Assembly: GCF_964194155.1 (NCBI RefSeq)
Contig: NC_135895.1
Span: forward strand, 50,654,001-50,718,000
Direction of reading: 5' to 3'
Origin: Cetorhinus maximus
Lineage: Eukaryota
Length of the DNA stretch: 64,000 nt
In this document: piece after piece, positions 62,520 to 64,000 of the stretch
How the letters are laid out: every line of letters begins with the position of its first letter
Position numbering within the stretch: the first letter of the stretch is position 1
The notes under the pieces: model-generated
Databases searched by the model: none
What the model was told of the DNA's origin: nothing
What the model saw: the letters and a program-made list of their open reading frames with translations, nothing else
Position numbers and translations under genes: made by a program

Positions 62520-62757
62520 ACAATTGAGTGCATTAAAGAGCTCTGTGGGTCTGGAGTCACACGTAGGCCAGACCAGTTAAGGATAGCAGATTTCCTTAGT
62601 GAGTAAGATGGGTTTTTATGACAATCAACAATGGGTTCAGGTTTTTAGTGAATTCAAATTTCACTGGGATTCAAACCCCAGTCCCCAGAGCATTAGCCTG
62701 GGTCTCTGGATTACTAGCCCAGTGACAATACCACTACACTACAGCCTCGCCTCCCCA
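62520..62757 (-). mobile_element. tRNA-derived SINE (same family as 20546-20912)
   Basis: Reverse complement gtagtggtattgtcactgggctagtaatccagagacccagg..ggtttgaatccc. Confidence 0.75.
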
Positions 62758-64000
62758 GATTGTGCCAAGTTAGTCAATATCAACTGGTGAGAATGCTGCA
62801 ATAAGGATCAGGTTCAGACAACTACTCATTTAAAGTTATTTTTGTTTAACCCGTCTTACTACTTAGTTTCCTGAATCAAGCATGTGTGGGTAAAGATGTT
62901 GTTGTGAGTATTCTAAGCTTCAACATTTCCTGTGTAAATTGTTTGTAGGTGGGAGGTTTGAGAATATTTAGTATAATTGTCCTCTTCACTGAAACTTTAA
63001 AGTACCTTGAAAGTACAAATGTTAATAAAGGACTGAAATGTCAGCTTAGTGGACTGTACACATTGGTGTGCTCAAGTATTGGAGAATATAAATGAGCAAT
63101 TTTATTTTTTTTAAGTAGCCTTTTTGTCTTTGTTGAAGAGAGCTATTTTACTGCTAGGAAATTAGGAATTTTCCATTTCTAACATTCACTTGTACAGCGA
63201 ATGCTTGATGCATGGTAAAGTTCCCTTTACTCTGCCAGAACAATGTGATTTAACCCTGTCATCAGAAAAATACTGCAGCAATTTGATTTTTCATTTTTCA
63301 CATCAGACAGCCTATTCAGTGCTTTTCTGTGCTGAACATTATATGATGTGGGCCCAATAAGAGCTAAATTGAGACTACCAGTTATTTCTTGTAATACACC
63401 CTTACAGCCAGCAATAACACATTTGCTCTATCAGTTCAGAGATGAGAAGACATTGTGCTAACCCATTGTGCCACCCAGCTTACTATCAAATTAAAATTTT
63501 ATGAGCAATCAATCCTATTTTTAAAATTACCCTATTGTCCTTTGGATTATTGTTGCATTGAGAGCAGGCCTTGACTGCAGACTACAACTTGTTGCAAAAC
63601 CCAGGGAGCAGAGTTTCCAGCAATAATGGAGTAAGATCAGCTAGGCTAAACTTCACTTGTGGCAGCAGTAAACAAAGGAAAAAGAGGTGGAGGGGGGGTG
63701 AACATTAAAAAAGATTATCTGAAAGATCAATGGGTTTCCAACACATCCTTCTCTTCTGACTAGTTCCTTCCCACGAGCATTCGTATGTCCAAATCATAAT
63801 AGTATCTCATTTTCATTACTGCTGGCAACCGGAAAATTACATTACGGCTGCCAGGAGGATTTTTGCTGTCAAATGCAGCTTGAAAGCAATCAGCAGTCTC
63901 AGCTCTTTGGTGATCAAAGATTCACCTCCTTCTTCACACCCCATAAAAAAAGTTATTTGGTGGAATAGTGTCTGGTTTTGTAGTATCCAAATGTCACTTT

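Overview
Vertebrate genomic DNA, by its repeat families most likely a cartilaginous fish (shark; inference). The window lies inside the 3' half of a Nuclear Factor I A (NFIA) gene on the minus strand. Two coding exons are clear (29074-29261 and 1967-2132, canonical AG/GT, matching phase), separated by a ~27 kb intron with a 200-N gap. I could not find the preceding exon, so that intron appears to exceed 34 kb. Most of the rest is transposable elements: CR1 LINEs (one near full length, one young), an RTE-like LINE, a second jockey-group LINE with its partner tRNA-SINE, a Deu-domain SINE, three Harbinger transposon remnants plus MITEs, a solo LTR and four Penelope-like insertions. The most interesting items are (i) minimal hammerhead-ribozyme motifs at Penelope-like element ends, including fold-back mini-elements with long TSDs and a non-canonical core (CUG[U/C]NGA); (ii) a strong candidate stop-containing alternative NFIA exon at 609-727, plus weaker exon candidates; (iii) four-level nesting and internal inversions in TEs. 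TE boundaries without TSDs are approximate, and all family assignments come from recalled motifs rather than database searches.
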